DNA from: Octopus sinensis
Lineage: Eukaryota
Reading direction: 5' to 3'
DNA length: 64,000 nt
Assembly: GCF_006345805.1 (NCBI RefSeq)
Contig: NC_043017.1
Span: 24,304,001-24,368,000 of the forward strand
The notes below the pieces were generated by a model. It had not been told where the DNA came from. It saw nothing but the letters and a program-made list of their open reading frames with translations, and did not search any database. Both the position numbers and the translations under genes were made by a program. Shown here piece by piece: positions 13,608 through 27,602 of the stretch; position 1 is the stretch's first letter, and every line of letters begins with the position of its first letter.

Positions 13608-15190
13608 TATATATATATATTATATATATATATATATATAGATGCATAAAAGTGCCTGTGCAATGCCATGTAAAAGCACCCATGTGGTGTCACATAATAA
13701 TAGTGCCATGCGTAGAAGTGCTTGAGCGGCGCCATATAAAAGCATCCCGCACACTCTGTTAAGTGGTTGGCATTAGGAAGGGCATCCAGCCATAGAAACC
13801 ATGCCAAATCAGACCAGAGTCTGGTGCAGCTCCACAGTTTGCCACCCCTGGTCAAACCATCCGACTCATGCCCCAGCATGGCCGCAGTCAAATGACTGAA
13901 ACAAGTAAAAGAATAAAAAAAGCATGTAGGTACCGAAATCTTTCAAGTGCTTAGAATCTCTAAGGGTCATAATTCAGCCTTGTTTCTATGGCTGGATGCT
14001 CTTCCTCAAGCCAACCACTTTACAGCATGTACTTGTTTTTTTTTAGTGGCACCAGCACTAGTGAGGTCTCCAAGCAGTCTGCAAGACTACAAACCATGAT
14101 GGGCAAAGTATTATTACTAAGAGATGAAGGAGTTGCAGTATAAAAGAATAGAACAGGTATTTTTGTGCTGGGTGGTTGGTGTTAGGATGGGCAACCAGCT
14201 GTAAAAAAAAAAAACATGCCAAATTAGACACAGAGGTCTGCAGGCTCCTACCTGGCCAGCTCCTGTCAAACGTTCCAACCCATGCCAGCATGGAAGGCAG
14301 ATGTTAAACAATAATGATGATGAGGAGGAAGGTGCTGACTACGTAACTATTCATGATTTAGAAGAGGGGATGGTAGTATAAGTGGAGCAGGAATGAGACA
14401 AAAATAGTGGTGATTCGGTTTCTGGGTGGACCCTCAATGCACTACAAATCACTTGTGTATATAAAAAAAGAAATTTTTTTTTAAATAGCTAATCCTAAGC
14501 CACTATTTATCAAACCTATTCTATGTATTCCATTGAAATTTTGAATTTCACTGGAATTTCTAAAGAAAGCAAGGGAGACTACTCGCATGTAATGCATCAG
14601 AATTGCTTCTCATGTAGCAGTAACCGGCAATCACAATACATTTTAAAGTTTTCAAATAAAATGGTCAACGAAAATTAACTTTACCGATCTTTTACTGACC
14701 ATCAGCCTTATTTAGAATGGATACCTCATCATTCACTCTTATTACACCTAAGCTAACAAATGTGTTTTTTTAAAACATTCGTGAAACATGTAGTAATGCA
14801 GATCTGAGTTAATCTCCACATGTTTTCTTTAGATTGTACTCCTAGTTTATGCACACACATATGCACATACACGCCCATAACATTTCTATGTGTGCATCTT
14901 GTTTCAGCCATTTGACAGCAGACGTCGTCTGCTAGAAGATAGGAGTTCGCTTGCAATATATATTTGGTGCAGATTTCATTGATAACCAACTACAGGAGGC
15001 TCTTCCTGGGGTTAAAAACAGAAGTAATGTCGATTTTAACGGAACAGTCATATTGATGTGGCGATAAACATATTATACATACACACATACGACTGGCTTC
15101 TTTCGGTTTCTGTCTACCAAATCCACTCACAAGGCTTTGGTCAGCTTGAAACTATAGTAGAAGACACTTGTCCACACAACCATACCTGCA

Positions 15191-15230
<40 letters not shown>

Positions 15231-15568
15231 CAAATCTATACTAATCCGTATGTATACACTATCTTTTTATATAAATAATATATACACTCTGTGTGTGTGT
15301 ATGTATATATATATATATATATATATCATCATCATCATCGTTTAACGTCCGCTTTCCATGCTAGCATGGGTTGGACGGTTCAACTGGGGTCTGGGAAGCC
15401 TGAAGGCTGCACCAGGCCAGTCAGATCTGGCAGTGTTTCTACAGCTGGATGCCCTTCCTAACGCCAACCACTCCTTGAGTGTAGTGGGTGCTTTTTATGT
15501 GCCACCAACACAGGTGCCAGACGAGGCTGGCGAACGGCCACGCTCAGATGGTGTTTTTTACGTGCCAC
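11609..15568. repeat. ~2.0 kb tandem duplication (11609-13554 and 13641-15568)
   Basis: Near-identical units, each bounded by (TA)n. Confidence 0.95.
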
Positions 15569-16177
15569 ATATATATGTATATATATTATATGTATATATT
15601 ATATAAACACACACAATTCAAAATTTAATCTTGGGTGAATGCAACATGAAATACAGTTGCCAGTCCCACTTAGAGAGAGAGAGAGAGAGAGAGACAAAAC
15701 TGGCCACCAGTAGAGGTACATAACTTGTCTATTGTTATTTCACAGTACTTCAACTGTAAATGAGAGCATTTAGAGTGAATTGCTGGGGAGGGAAGGGAGA
15801 AAGGAAACAGAATTTATAGCCAGATCGTAAATTCACTTGAACACCAATTGTAACTGGTAGAGTAGCAGGTGGTTTTAGTCATTGGACTGTGATCATGCTA
15901 GTCTACTCCCTCCAAGGGTTTAGCTGGTGCTACATGTGTATGTATATGTATGCATGTGTTTTTATATATATTCGTCTTTTGTTTCTTTCGTGAATTCTCC
16001 CTATATATATATAAAAGGCGGCGAGCTGGCAGACACGTTAGCGTGCCGGGTGGAATGCTTAGCAGTATTTCGTCTGTCGTTACGTTCTGAGTTCAAATTC
16101 CGCCGAGGTCGATGTAATCGACTTAATCCCTTTGTCTGTCCTTGTTTGTCCTCTCTATGTTTAGCCCCTTGTGGGCA

Positions 16178-16218
<41 letters not shown>

Positions 16219-16295
16219 CAAGGATAAAATCGCTATTAAATTTTGTTAAGTAGGTAGCATATAATAAAACCATATAGGTAACAATTAATACAAAA

Positions 16296-16520
16296 TATGT
16301 AATTATATAAATATAATTATAAGGGCACTAATGAGTAGCACCACATGCTATAAATAAACACCAAATGACTCTAAGAACTACATCATTTATCCCTTCAGCA
16401 TGGGAAATGAACAAAAATGGAGTAAATAATGTAGTTCATAGAGCTATTTGGCATCTCTTTCTAGCATGTGGTGCTGCTCTTAGTGTCCTTATTATAATTA
16501 TATTTATACAATTATATATT
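16296..16520. repeat. Degenerate fold-back element, TA-flanked
   Basis: GCACTAATGAGTAGCACCACATGCTA vs TAGCATGTGGTGCTGCTCTTAGTGTC. Confidence 0.8.
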
Positions 16521-16525
16521 TTGTA

Positions 16526-16574
<49 letters not shown>

Positions 16575-18078
16575 ACAACTCAAATAAATGAACAATAAAA
16601 TTAATAACAAGAGAACATGCAGCAGGAGTGAATTAGCTTGACGCTCAGTAAAAAGAAGAGTTTTTGATGTTTCTAGTATAGATCTTCATAGGAAAGGAGA
16701 AAGAGAAAAGTCCAAAGAAGGAAAAGACATTACCAACAGTACATACGCACACACATATTCATGTGTGTGTGTGTGTGTGTGTGTGTAGGCATGATTGTAA
16801 TTATGAAGTTTGCTTCTTAACTACCTGGTTTCAGTCCCACTGCATGGTATCTAGGGCAAGTGTTTTCTACTAAAGCCCCAGGCTGACCAAAGCCTTACAA
16901 GTCAATTTAGTAGATGGAAACTGAAAGAAGCCCATCATATGTGTGTGTGTGTTAGTGTCTCCTTATCTTGACATCACATAATGGCAGCAAGAACAAGGTA
17001 TGTGGAAAGATGAAGATTTCTATTAGACCAGTGCTCCTCAACCTTTTTTCACTTGTGGTACACTTATGATCTTTTCAAAATTTTGCAGCACACCTGAACT
17101 AAAAATATACACTGTGGCACACCTAGCATCATCTCATGACACACCAGTGTGCCACAGCAAACCGGTTGCGGTGAACCGTTTTGGACTGACGAAATACAGA
17201 CCAACAACAGAAAAGCCAACACAGGAACAAAAACAGAATCATTTGTTCATTTGATGTCTGTTTTTCCTTCCTAAAATGGGTTCAATAAACACGCAGTGAG
17301 ACCTTGTTCTATAGTCGGATGCTCTTACTGTGCAGCTAGCCCTTACCTGTTTTCCAAGAAGTGAATTTTTTTATTTCATTCATCTTCATACATAAGTGCA
17401 GACATGGCCATGTGGTTAAGAAGCTTGCTTCCCAACCATATGGCCTTGGATTCAGTCCCACTGTACAGCACCTTGAGCAACAATAGCCCAGGCTGACCAA
17501 AGCCTTGTGAGTGGATTTAGGAGACAGAAACAAGAAGTCCATTAGGTGTGCGTTTGTGTGATATATAAGGCGGCAAGCTAGAAGAAACATTAGCATGCTA
17601 GACAAAATGCTTAATGGTATTTCGTCTCTACGTTCTGAGTTCAAATTCCGCCGAGGTCGACCTTGCCTTTCATCCTTTTAGAGTCAATTAAACAAGTACC
17701 AGTTACGCACTGGGTCTATGTAATCGACTTAATCCCTTTGTCTGTCCTTGTTTGTTCCCTCCATGTTTAGCCCCTGGTGGGCAATAAAGAGATTAATATA
17801 TGTGTGTGTGAGTTTTTCTGCTTGTCCCCTACAACTGCTTGACAACTGGTGTTGGTTTGTTTATGTTCCTGTAACTTAGTAGTTCAGCAAAAGAGGCTGA
17901 CAGAGTAAGTACCAGGTTTATGAACACTAAGTATCAGGGTCAATTTATTCAGCTAAAGACCGCGTCCCAACATGGCTGCAGTTCAATGATTGCAACAAGT
18001 AAGAGATATATCAACAGACACATAATTACTTACCAAGTCACCTCTATAAAACAGAGAAATGATTAGCTGCAATGCTTA

Positions 18079-18524
18079 TACAAGGGGATGCTGAAAACCT
18101 CCTAGCTTTAAGGGTATTGTGAAGGGCCTGGTTGAAGGCCCAACCTTCCGAGTCCTTTTACAGAACTTAGAAAAACTGAAAGATCACTGCAATAAGTGTA
18201 TGAATCTGAGAGAGGAACACGTTGAACAAAATCATAACTGATCCTCCTTGATTTTCTTTCACCCAAATCCAGGAACTTTTCAACACCCACTCGTATCTAT
18301 ATAAATATATGAGGAACTGCTGAAAAGTTTCTGGCTTTAAGGGTACTGCAAAAGGTCTGTTGGAGGCCCACCCTTCCGAGTTCTTTTGCAGGGTTTAGAA
18401 AAACTGAAGGACTGCTGCAATAAGTGTGTGAATCTGAGAGGGGAATATGTTGACTGAAACCATAACTGATCCTCTTGTATTTTCTTTTACCCAAAGTCAA
18501 GAACTTTTCAGCACCCCACTTGTA
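18079..18524 (+). mobile_element. Two tandem mariner-derived MITEs (18079-18295, 18308-18524)
   Basis: TA-flanked TIRs; interior encodes a mariner C-terminus relic (GLEKLKDCCNKCVNLRGEYVD). Confidence 0.8.
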
Positions 18525-20491
18525 CATTTCTAAATGACTGTAATAACAGTGAAGTGGTTTTCAAAACTGGGTCGCGGAAGTGCTAATTGAGAACTTTGTG
18601 CTAACCTGAAGTGAGTCAACTAGGAAGCCCTTAAGTGATTGCACAACCCGACAGGATCAACAATCAAAACTCTCTCAAACCCCACCTTGTTTTAAAGGAC
18701 CCGGTCAGTAATGTAGTCCAAAGCATATATCTCTTATCTTTTACTTGTTTCACTCACTGGACTGCAGCCATGCTGGAGCACAACCTTGAAGTTTAATAAA
18801 ACAAATTGACCGCAGTATTTTTTTTTTGTAAGTCTAGTAATTATTCTATCAGTTTCTTTTGCTGAGCCACTATTAGAGGGACATAAACAAACCAACACCA
18901 GTTGTCAAACAGATATGGGCAGGGTAAAAAACACAAACATATATTTGTGTGTGTGTGTACACAATGGGCTTCAACACAGTTTCCATCTGCTGAATGCACT
19001 CACACAGCATTGGTTAGCCCAGCTCCAAAGTAGAGGCCACTTGCCCAAGGTATGTGCACCGGGACTGAAACTGAAACCATGCGGTTGCAAAGCGAGCTTA
19101 TTAACCACACAACCATGCTGGGGGAGGGGGGACGGTCATGGTTAGAGTGTCTTTGATTTTGATTTGTTTGCTTGATCAGAGACGATTTGGATCCAAACAT
19201 TAATCAATCAATAGCTTTCATATGTAAAGAACACGTGTATGTGTGTGTGTGTGTGCATGTGTGTGTGTATATGTGTGCATGCATATCTGCGTGTGTAGGA
19301 AGGGGTGGGCAGTACAATGAAGGTCAACCCATAAAATATACCTGTATTATATGATTTCATATCAATGAAAATATGTGAATTTATAGGCAACGAGATATAA
19401 TTACAGGCAATAAATATGAAGCATTAATTTTTAACAGCTTAGTAGTAATATACAGCCATTTAATTAGAAATTGATTTCATATGCTTAAGCCAGGCAATCA
19501 CAAAGCTAATTTATCAATAATGTGACTATGTTATTGCAATTATTTATTAATAAGCACCATTTAACATTCAGATCATCTTCCATTCATTTCAAAACACAAG
19601 ATAACACCCTTTTGTATAATTAGTACATTTAACGATGGTGGTTGTAGTTGTTGTTGCTTAGTTCCCAGTCAGTTTTGATGGAGCAGACCTATGAGCAAAA
19701 GCTTTCCAACCATGACCAATCTGTCTTTTTTTTGTCTTTAGAATTACATTATTCTATGTAACCATCCCTATTTTCAGACATCGTCATTTTTAAACATCTG
19801 TGTTCCATGTATATTGTGGTTTGTTAATAGGGTCCAGTGCACTGATTTGTCCAGGTGCTTCACAGAGTCTAGGGAGCCCAACTCTGATCTATGAGGCCCG
19901 AGTGCTTCACAGGTCTAGGGACCCAACTGTGATCTCTGTGTACTGAAGTTTGCTGTCAATAAATACAATAGGGTCCAATGCAATGGTATGCCCAGGTGCC
20001 TCACTGATCTTGGGACCCTACTCTGATCTATATATGTTGTAGCTTCCTTGTGTTGGATGGTTGAATGGTTCGATGGGTCCAAGAACTGCATAGTGCTCCG
20101 ATGTCTACTTTGGCCTGATTTCTACGGCTGGATGCCCTTCCTAATGCCAACATGGACAATGGAGTGTTATTCAAGCCCTTTTCTTACCTTATTTATATTG
20201 AAATATGCTGCCTTTGAATCAATCAATTTTGAATGTAAGGAAGAATTTAATAAAATAGCTTTCTCATTAGCTAGCTCGTGTTGGGAACATAAATTAATTA
20301 AGGAATTTTGATAGGTTTTAATTTATCTATTTGTTTTCCAAGATTCTTGATGTGAAGTTGTGTTGAAACAGATATTGTTATACTTGGGGGTGGTCATATT
20401 TTGCCAATTAAACACAAGCACTCAAAATGGCTGCCCTTGTAGCAAAATTTGAAACCATTATTATTATTATTATCATTATTTTAGCTTCTTT

Positions 20492-20639
20492 GTCAAAGTT
20501 CTTTTGACACACATCCTGTGACCTCTTTTGTGACTCTCCATCCCAGGTGTCTCCTCTTTGAACAAGTAGAACAACAGGAGACACATGGGATAGGGAGTTG
20601 CTGAATCGGTCACAGGATGTGTGACAAAAGAGCTTTGAC
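20492..20639. repeat. 148-bp imperfect inverted repeat (64-bp arms, 20-nt loop)
   Basis: Paired by hand: 53 Watson-Crick, 5 G:U on the + strand, 6 mismatches. Confidence 0.85.
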
Positions 20640-21525
20640 ACACTAAAATAATAATTATAACACTGAATTGAAGACTAAATATATATAGTGTGTGTGTGTG
20701 TGTGTGAGAGTGTTTTAATTTAAACTAGCACTATGACCCGGCGTTGAATATTATGTAAAGGTATGAATATTATTTCTTTATTGCCCACAAGAGGCTAAAC
20801 ATAAAGGGGACAAACAAAGGGATTAAGTCGATTACATCGGCTCTGGTGCATAACTGGTACTTATTTAATCGACCGCGAAAGGCTGAAAGGCTAAGTTGAC
20901 CTCGACAGAATTTGAACTCAGAATGTAGCTGATGAAATACCACTAAGAATTTCGCCTGGTGTGCTAACGATTCTGCCAGCTCACCAGGGAAAGGCATGAT
21001 TCTGTGCCTGCAAATGCTGTGAAAGTATACTGGAATAAAGTATAAAACCATAAATTTATATCATTAATAAATTATGTTATATGAATACCATATATCAAAT
21101 TTTCTTTCAGATCAACTGCATAATAAGATAAATTATTATACCCGCAGACAAGTTGTGCATCCTTTTGAATGCAGAGCCCCTTAATTTCCATAGGTGGACA
21201 CTGTCCAGGAACTTCCTCTTATTTAACAGCCAGTCAGGCCACCCTGCAGTCGATTATATCGACCCAGTTACTCAATTTGTATTTATTTTATCAACCGAGG
21301 AAGAATGAAAAGCAAAATGAACTCCGGCAGGATCTGAACTGGAAACCCAGAGAGAGATGCAACGTGATACCAACCTATTAATAACAAACAGTAATAACTT
21401 CTAGTTACAAGGCCAAACATTCTGGGATGCAAGAGGGTGGAGTGAAACAGTAAATCAACCTCCATCACTAGCGCATGACAGAGTGCTATTTTATCAAAAC
21501 CCGGCGTGATTTGAACTCGACACAT

Positions 21526-21906
21526 GGAAACACTCCGTCGGTTACGACGATGAGGGTTCCGGTTGATCCGAATCAACGGAACAGCCTGCTCGTGAAATTA
21601 ACGTGGCTGAGCACTCCACAGACACGTGCACCCTTAACGTAGTTCTCGGGGATATTCAGCGTGACACAGAGAGTGACAAGGCCGGCCCCTTGAAATACTG
21701 GTACAACAGAAACAGGAAGTAAGAGTGAGAGAAAGTTGTGGTGAAAGAGTACAGCAGGGTTCACCACCATCCCCTGCTGGAGCCTCGTGGAGCTTTTAGG
21801 TATTTTCGCTCAATAAACACACACACAGCGCCCGGTCTGGGAATCGAAACCGCGATCCTATGACCGCAAGTCCACTGCCCTAACCACTGGGCCATTGCGC
21901 CTCCAC
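21526..21906 (-). mobile_element. tRNA-derived SINE family C (my label), 12-bp TSD
   Basis: Head GTGGAGGCGCAATGGCCCAGTGGTTAG...GTTTCGATTCC; TSD AACTCGACACAT at 21514-21525 and 21907-21918. Confidence 0.9.
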
Positions 21907-23586
21907 AACTCGACACATAAAAGGGGTGTAACTAAGAACAGCATTGTATGGCTCCTACTACTGCCATCATCGCTAGCTTAATAATTATAATTATTACTCT
22001 AGTAGGAGCTATAATAAAATGTTGACGTGTGGGTGGGGTAAGTCCACATGTGCTGGGGAACATGAATAGCGGTAGGGTTCCTGTTTACTCTCCTCCACCG
22101 CCCTAAAGTCGTTATCGTTGCTATGTCACAAACTAAATATATTATACAGGTAACACATGACATGGCCTTTTGTTTTAAATTTCGAGGGCGGAAAAGATAA
22201 AAAGAACTCTTCTTGAAAAAGTAAACGGAACGAGGAACAATCACACGAGAAAAAAAAACAAACATTGTAAATATCGAGAAACAAGGCAATCGTGAGAACT
22301 TTGTACAAATGGCATTAATAAACAGAGAGAGAAAGGGCGCGCTCACTGACGCTTCTAGATAACATTATTGGCGCTTTTTCACTCGCACTTTGTTTTGACG
22401 AGTTACACGCTGCTCTGTGGTATTTTAGGAGGACACGCGGTGTTGTGGTGTTTATGCTTCTGTTAAAAAGCATCGGCGAAGTCAATGAAATTAACTATCT
22501 TCAATCCAGGATCGAAAACCTGATGGCCATCTCGACTGCCCGACAGATTTATCTCTCTCTCTATCTCTTTTTTTTTTTTTTGCCCACAAGGGGCTAAACA
22601 TAGAGAGGACAAACAAGGACAGACAAAGGGATTAAGTCGATTATATCGACCCCAGTGCGAAACTGGTACTTTTATCTATCGACCCCGAAAGGATGAAAGG
22701 CAAAGTCGACCTCGGCGGAATCGCCACTAAATCTCCTCGCATATTAACTTCCTTCTGCACCGTAGATCCTGATATACATAAACATGGCATGGTTCAGAGT
22801 GGAACGTCTATGATTATAAGGCCTGCTTGTTTCTACTGTTCAGGGTTGACCGAGGGCTAAACAACGACTTCCTTTTCTCTTCGAGCCACCAAAGGAGTCT
22901 CTACGTAGTCTTTAGATCTGCTAGAAACAGCAGCCACATCAATCACAAATAACACCCTTATCTATAAAAAAAACAAAAAGGACACACTCGATGGTATTGT
23001 TCTCTATTATGGGAAAAAATGGAACGGTCACAGCAGGAGCGCTTTTGATCATAGGTATGCTCAATAAGACAAACCTGAAACTAAACAGTTTTTCTTCTTT
23101 TCTATACGATTCAACAACGGAAACCTTGCATGATGGTTTTACCTGTTAGAAATAGCGCCAAATTCCTCAACTTACACACGTCCTTAAAAGAGGGGAAACA
23201 CATTAAATAATGTGGCCCTAAACACACTATTTTTTTTAAAGCTGGATGGCCACAACTGGAATGTCTGCAGTGACTTGTCTACCGGATCAGGGCAGGCCTG
23301 GGCTAAACAAAAAAAAACTTCCTGCTAGATAGTTTATCTTTGTTCATCGTTAACGGCCCCTCTATGATCCAAATGTATAAACACACACATACGAGGCCAG
23401 TTCCACTTTAATTCCGTGTAAAGGAGAATGAGTGTTGTTCATGCCTTTCCCAAAAGTATAACTAGACTTGCTCGTCGAAGGTAAAAAAAAAAAAAGCGGG
23501 GCCGAGAGAGAATTGAAACTACGTCGAGTGTAAAATCAAATCTCAGCCCGAGAAACGGCAAAGCGAAAATATCATCGTAGATAAAT

Positions 23587-24427
23587 ATATTTCTTTACTG
23601 CCCACAAGGGGCTAAACACAGAGGGGACAAACAAGGACAGACATAGGGATTAAGTCGTTTACATCGACCCCAGTTGGAAACTGGTACTTTATTTATCGAC
23701 CCCGAAAGGATGAAAGGCAAAGTCGACCTCGGCGGAATTTGAACTCAGAACGTAACGACAGACGAAATACGGCTACGCATTTCGCCCGGCGTGCTAACGT
23801 TTCTGCCAGCTCGCCGCCTTAGATAAATAATAATAATAATCCTTTCTACTATAGACACAAGGGGATTCAAATTTGGTGGGAGGGGCTAGCCGACAACATC
23901 GACCCCAGTGCTCAATTGGTACTTATTTTATCGACTCCGGAAGGATGAAAAGCAAGTCGAACTCGGCGGTATTTGAATTATTAATCCTTTCTAGTAAAAG
24001 CCCAAGGCCTGGAATTTGAGAAGAGGGGACTAGTCAATTGCATCGAACCCCAGTGTTTCACTGGTACTTAATTTATCGACTCAAGAAGGATGCAAGGCAA
24101 AGTCGAATTTGGCGGGACTGAACTCGGAACGTAGAGACAGACGAAATGCCGCTAAGCATTTAGTCCAGCGTGCAAACGATCCTGCCGGCTCGCCACCACA
24201 ATAATGATGATGATTTCAAAAGCGAGTAATTTTGAGGAAGTGGGTAAGCCCATTACATCCACCACCCGCCACCCCCAGTGCTCAACTGGTACGTATTTAA
24301 TCAACCCCAGAGGGACAAGAGGTATAGTCGATCTCAGCGGTATTTGAACCGAGAACGTGAAGAGGGGCGAAATACCGCGAAGCATTTTGCCCCGCATGTT
24401 AACGTTTCTGCCAGTTTGCCGCCCTAA

Positions 24428-24475
<48 letters not shown>

Positions 24476-24600
24476 CCTCGCTACTGTAAGTACAACGCGG
24501 AAAATTTTGGGGGAGGGGACTAGCTGATTATATCGACCCCAGTGCTCGACCCCGAAAGGACGAAAGGCAAAGTTGACATCGCCAGAATTTGAACTCAGTA
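23587..24600 (-). mobile_element. Cluster of about five SINE B copies in the same orientation
   Basis: Repeated ATCGACCCCGAAAGGATGAAAGGCAAAGTCGAC-type core separated by (AAT)n. Confidence 0.85.
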
Positions 24601-25199
24601 TGATAAAAACCGCAGAATCTATAATAAACTGGGTTTTCATTCTAATTTGTAATGAACCAACGAGGGGGCCACTACATAGAAACTCCCCTAAAATCACACC
24701 ACCGTATCTTTAAAAAAAGAAAAGATATTGAAGTCTTAGATAAAAGCCCTAAATCACGAATGGAATGTTTTTGATCTGACCCAGGGCTAAACAAACAAAC
24801 AACAGGGATACAAAAATACGGCCGGGGGCAAAAGAAATAAGGCATGAACGACACCACTCGCTTCTATTATTATCTCTAAGTCTCTTATAAATAATATAAT
24901 AGTATACAATCTTGGGAGCTACGGGGGAAAAATCAATAACGAATAGAGAGAAAAGCTTAATATGCGGTGTAATAGTAATAATAATAATAAATATATATAG
25001 TAGAAAAGTGCCGCCTTGTTTTTGTTTATCATGCTTTCGGAGGATGGTTTGCGATTTTATAAGAAAGATTTATTTAATAACAAACAATGAGATTGTTAAA
25101 AAGGCAACATTAAATCATTACAGTTTTATGTTTGCATTTAAGAATTGAAATAAATAATAATTACTGTACAAATATTATCCGGTACATGTATGCACACAT

Positions 25200-25225
25200 G
25201 GATGTGTATGTGTGTGTGTGTATAT

Positions 25226-25271
<46 letters not shown>

Positions 25272-25790
25272 TATATATACTCGTGGAATAGTAGTTCTGT
25301 TTAAAACAAAAACTATACACGCGCGCACATAGTATAATATATATATATATATACATACACATATGCATATTTATATATACATACACATATGCATATATAT
25401 ATATACATACACATATGCATATTTATATATACATACACATATGCATATATATATACATACACATATGCATATATATATATATATATATACATATATACAC
25501 ACACAATCACATGCAAAAGATAGAAACATTCATAACAACAGACTTGCAAAACACATGCACATAACTCGCACACGCTAACATACACACACACACACATATA
25601 CGCGCAAACGCATATATGCACACGCAGACATATACACACACACACACACATAAATACAGATATATATACACACATACGCAAACATACATGTATACACACG
25701 CGCACATATACAAATACACGCGCGCACACATATATACATACATATACACATGCATATATACACATGCATATACACACGCGCACACAACGT
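25200..25790. repeat. Compound (TA)/(CA)/(TACA)n low-complexity array
   Basis: Seen directly. Confidence 0.95.
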
Positions 25791-26136
25791 AGGATTTGTG
25801 TGTGTGTTTAATGCATTGTGTGTTTTTTTGAAGTCACATCACATTGGCTGATAAACAACATAGGTTTCATAGTTTACCTGGGAGTCTTTCCAGTTGTCTA
25901 ATGCCACTTTTAGACATATTACACAACAACCCAAATATTTCCAAGAAATCTAAACAAAAGGAACATTTTTCCAGATAATAATAGAAGCTTTGAAACTGGC
26001 TGAGGGGAAACGGAAGTGATGCCATTGTGGTTACATCGAAATTTCAGTAGTTACTTCGCAAACGAAAACGAAACGCGGAAGACAGTAAGAAAAGCACGTA
26101 GCAAAAAAAATGACGAAACGAACTTTTTACACGCAA

Positions 26137-26241
<105 letters not shown>

Positions 26242-26427
26242 ATTAAAAAATTTTAAATAAAAAATAACAAGGTATAAGTTTATATTTTTCATTTCCTTCA
26301 AAAATTGCTATTAATTTGTGGCTTTGGTCATTTTGGCTGCTTCTTCTAGCATATAAAAATTACCTGTTAAAGGGTAGTTTTCTCTTGTGTTTAAATGTAC
26401 TCTATTTTATATTATATTACATTATAT

Positions 26428-26475
<48 letters not shown>

Positions 26476-26810
26476 TGTGAGTTGTTGTTTTTTTCTCATG
26501 ATAATAATAACGGTAGCATATAACAGTTTTAAAAATTCTATCATATCTAATTTGCCAAGCAAATTAATTTAAAATAAATTATATCTTATTACTTCGGCAC
26601 ACTTACACAAGTGTGTCACTCACCCCCACCCCGACTTTGTTTCCAGGTAACTTTTCGAAAGAAAGAAAGAAAGAAAGAAAAGATGAGATTAATTTTTGGT
26701 GAAATTTTCAACTGATACTTTTCGGAAGGTGTAGACTGCGATTATGTTGGATTTAAGTTACAAAGAAAAAATAAATAGAGAGATAAATAATAATAATAAT
26801 AATAATAATA

Positions 26811-26841
<31 letters not shown>

Positions 26842-27602
26842 TTGGGTGTGACGCTCACTCATACATACTAACACATCACAAATATACAACCAAAATGAAA
26901 ATTGAAATTTGGAAAAGTTTGTATGATGTGTCAGTATGTATGTATGCACGCCCAACTTTTTTTTTTTTTTTCGCTTTAATTTCCGATATAATCTGTAACG
27001 GTCAAGATTCGCTACAAATCGTAATCTACACTGACTAAAAGCTACTTGCCGAAAACTTCATTGAAAAATGCCTATTTTTTCCGAAAGTTTAGAGGAAACA
27101 AAGTCGACAAAATTCCTCTCCTCTGAAAATTTTTTTCGCATTAAATTCCGATATAATCATAATCTATACCATCTGAAAGGTATTTGGTGAAATTTTCATT
27201 GAAAAATATCCATGTTTCTGAAAATTATGAGGAAACAAAATGGACAGGGAAAGGAGTATGTATGTGTTGGGATGCCATTAAATTTTTGTTCGTTTTCTGA
27301 AGCCATAAATTCTAAAAGAATGTGTAAAATGATTTTCGTTTTCGTATTATTCTTAATATATATTGGTTTTAGATTTTGGTACAAGACCAGTAATTTCAGG
27401 GAGACGATAAGTCGATGTAATCGACTCCAGTATAATCAACTGGCACCTATTTAATCGATCCTGAAAGGATGTAAGGCAAAATCAACCGCGGCGAAATTTG
27501 AACTCATAACGTAAAGACGGACGAAATGTCGCTAAGAATTTAGCCCGCTCTATTCTTAATATATATTCATTTCTAACAATGGCACACATCTTGAAGAAGT
27601 AT

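Noticed and set aside
11609-15568. CRISPR-like or prokaryotic repeat systems
   Set aside because: No short repeat-spacer arrays, operons or rRNA anywhere; the DNA is intron-containing and eukaryotic.
21999-22346. 115-aa ORF on the - strand in a CpG-richer patch with an X-box-like GTTGCTATG
   Set aside because: No recognisable protein; regulatory role is unsupported without expression data.
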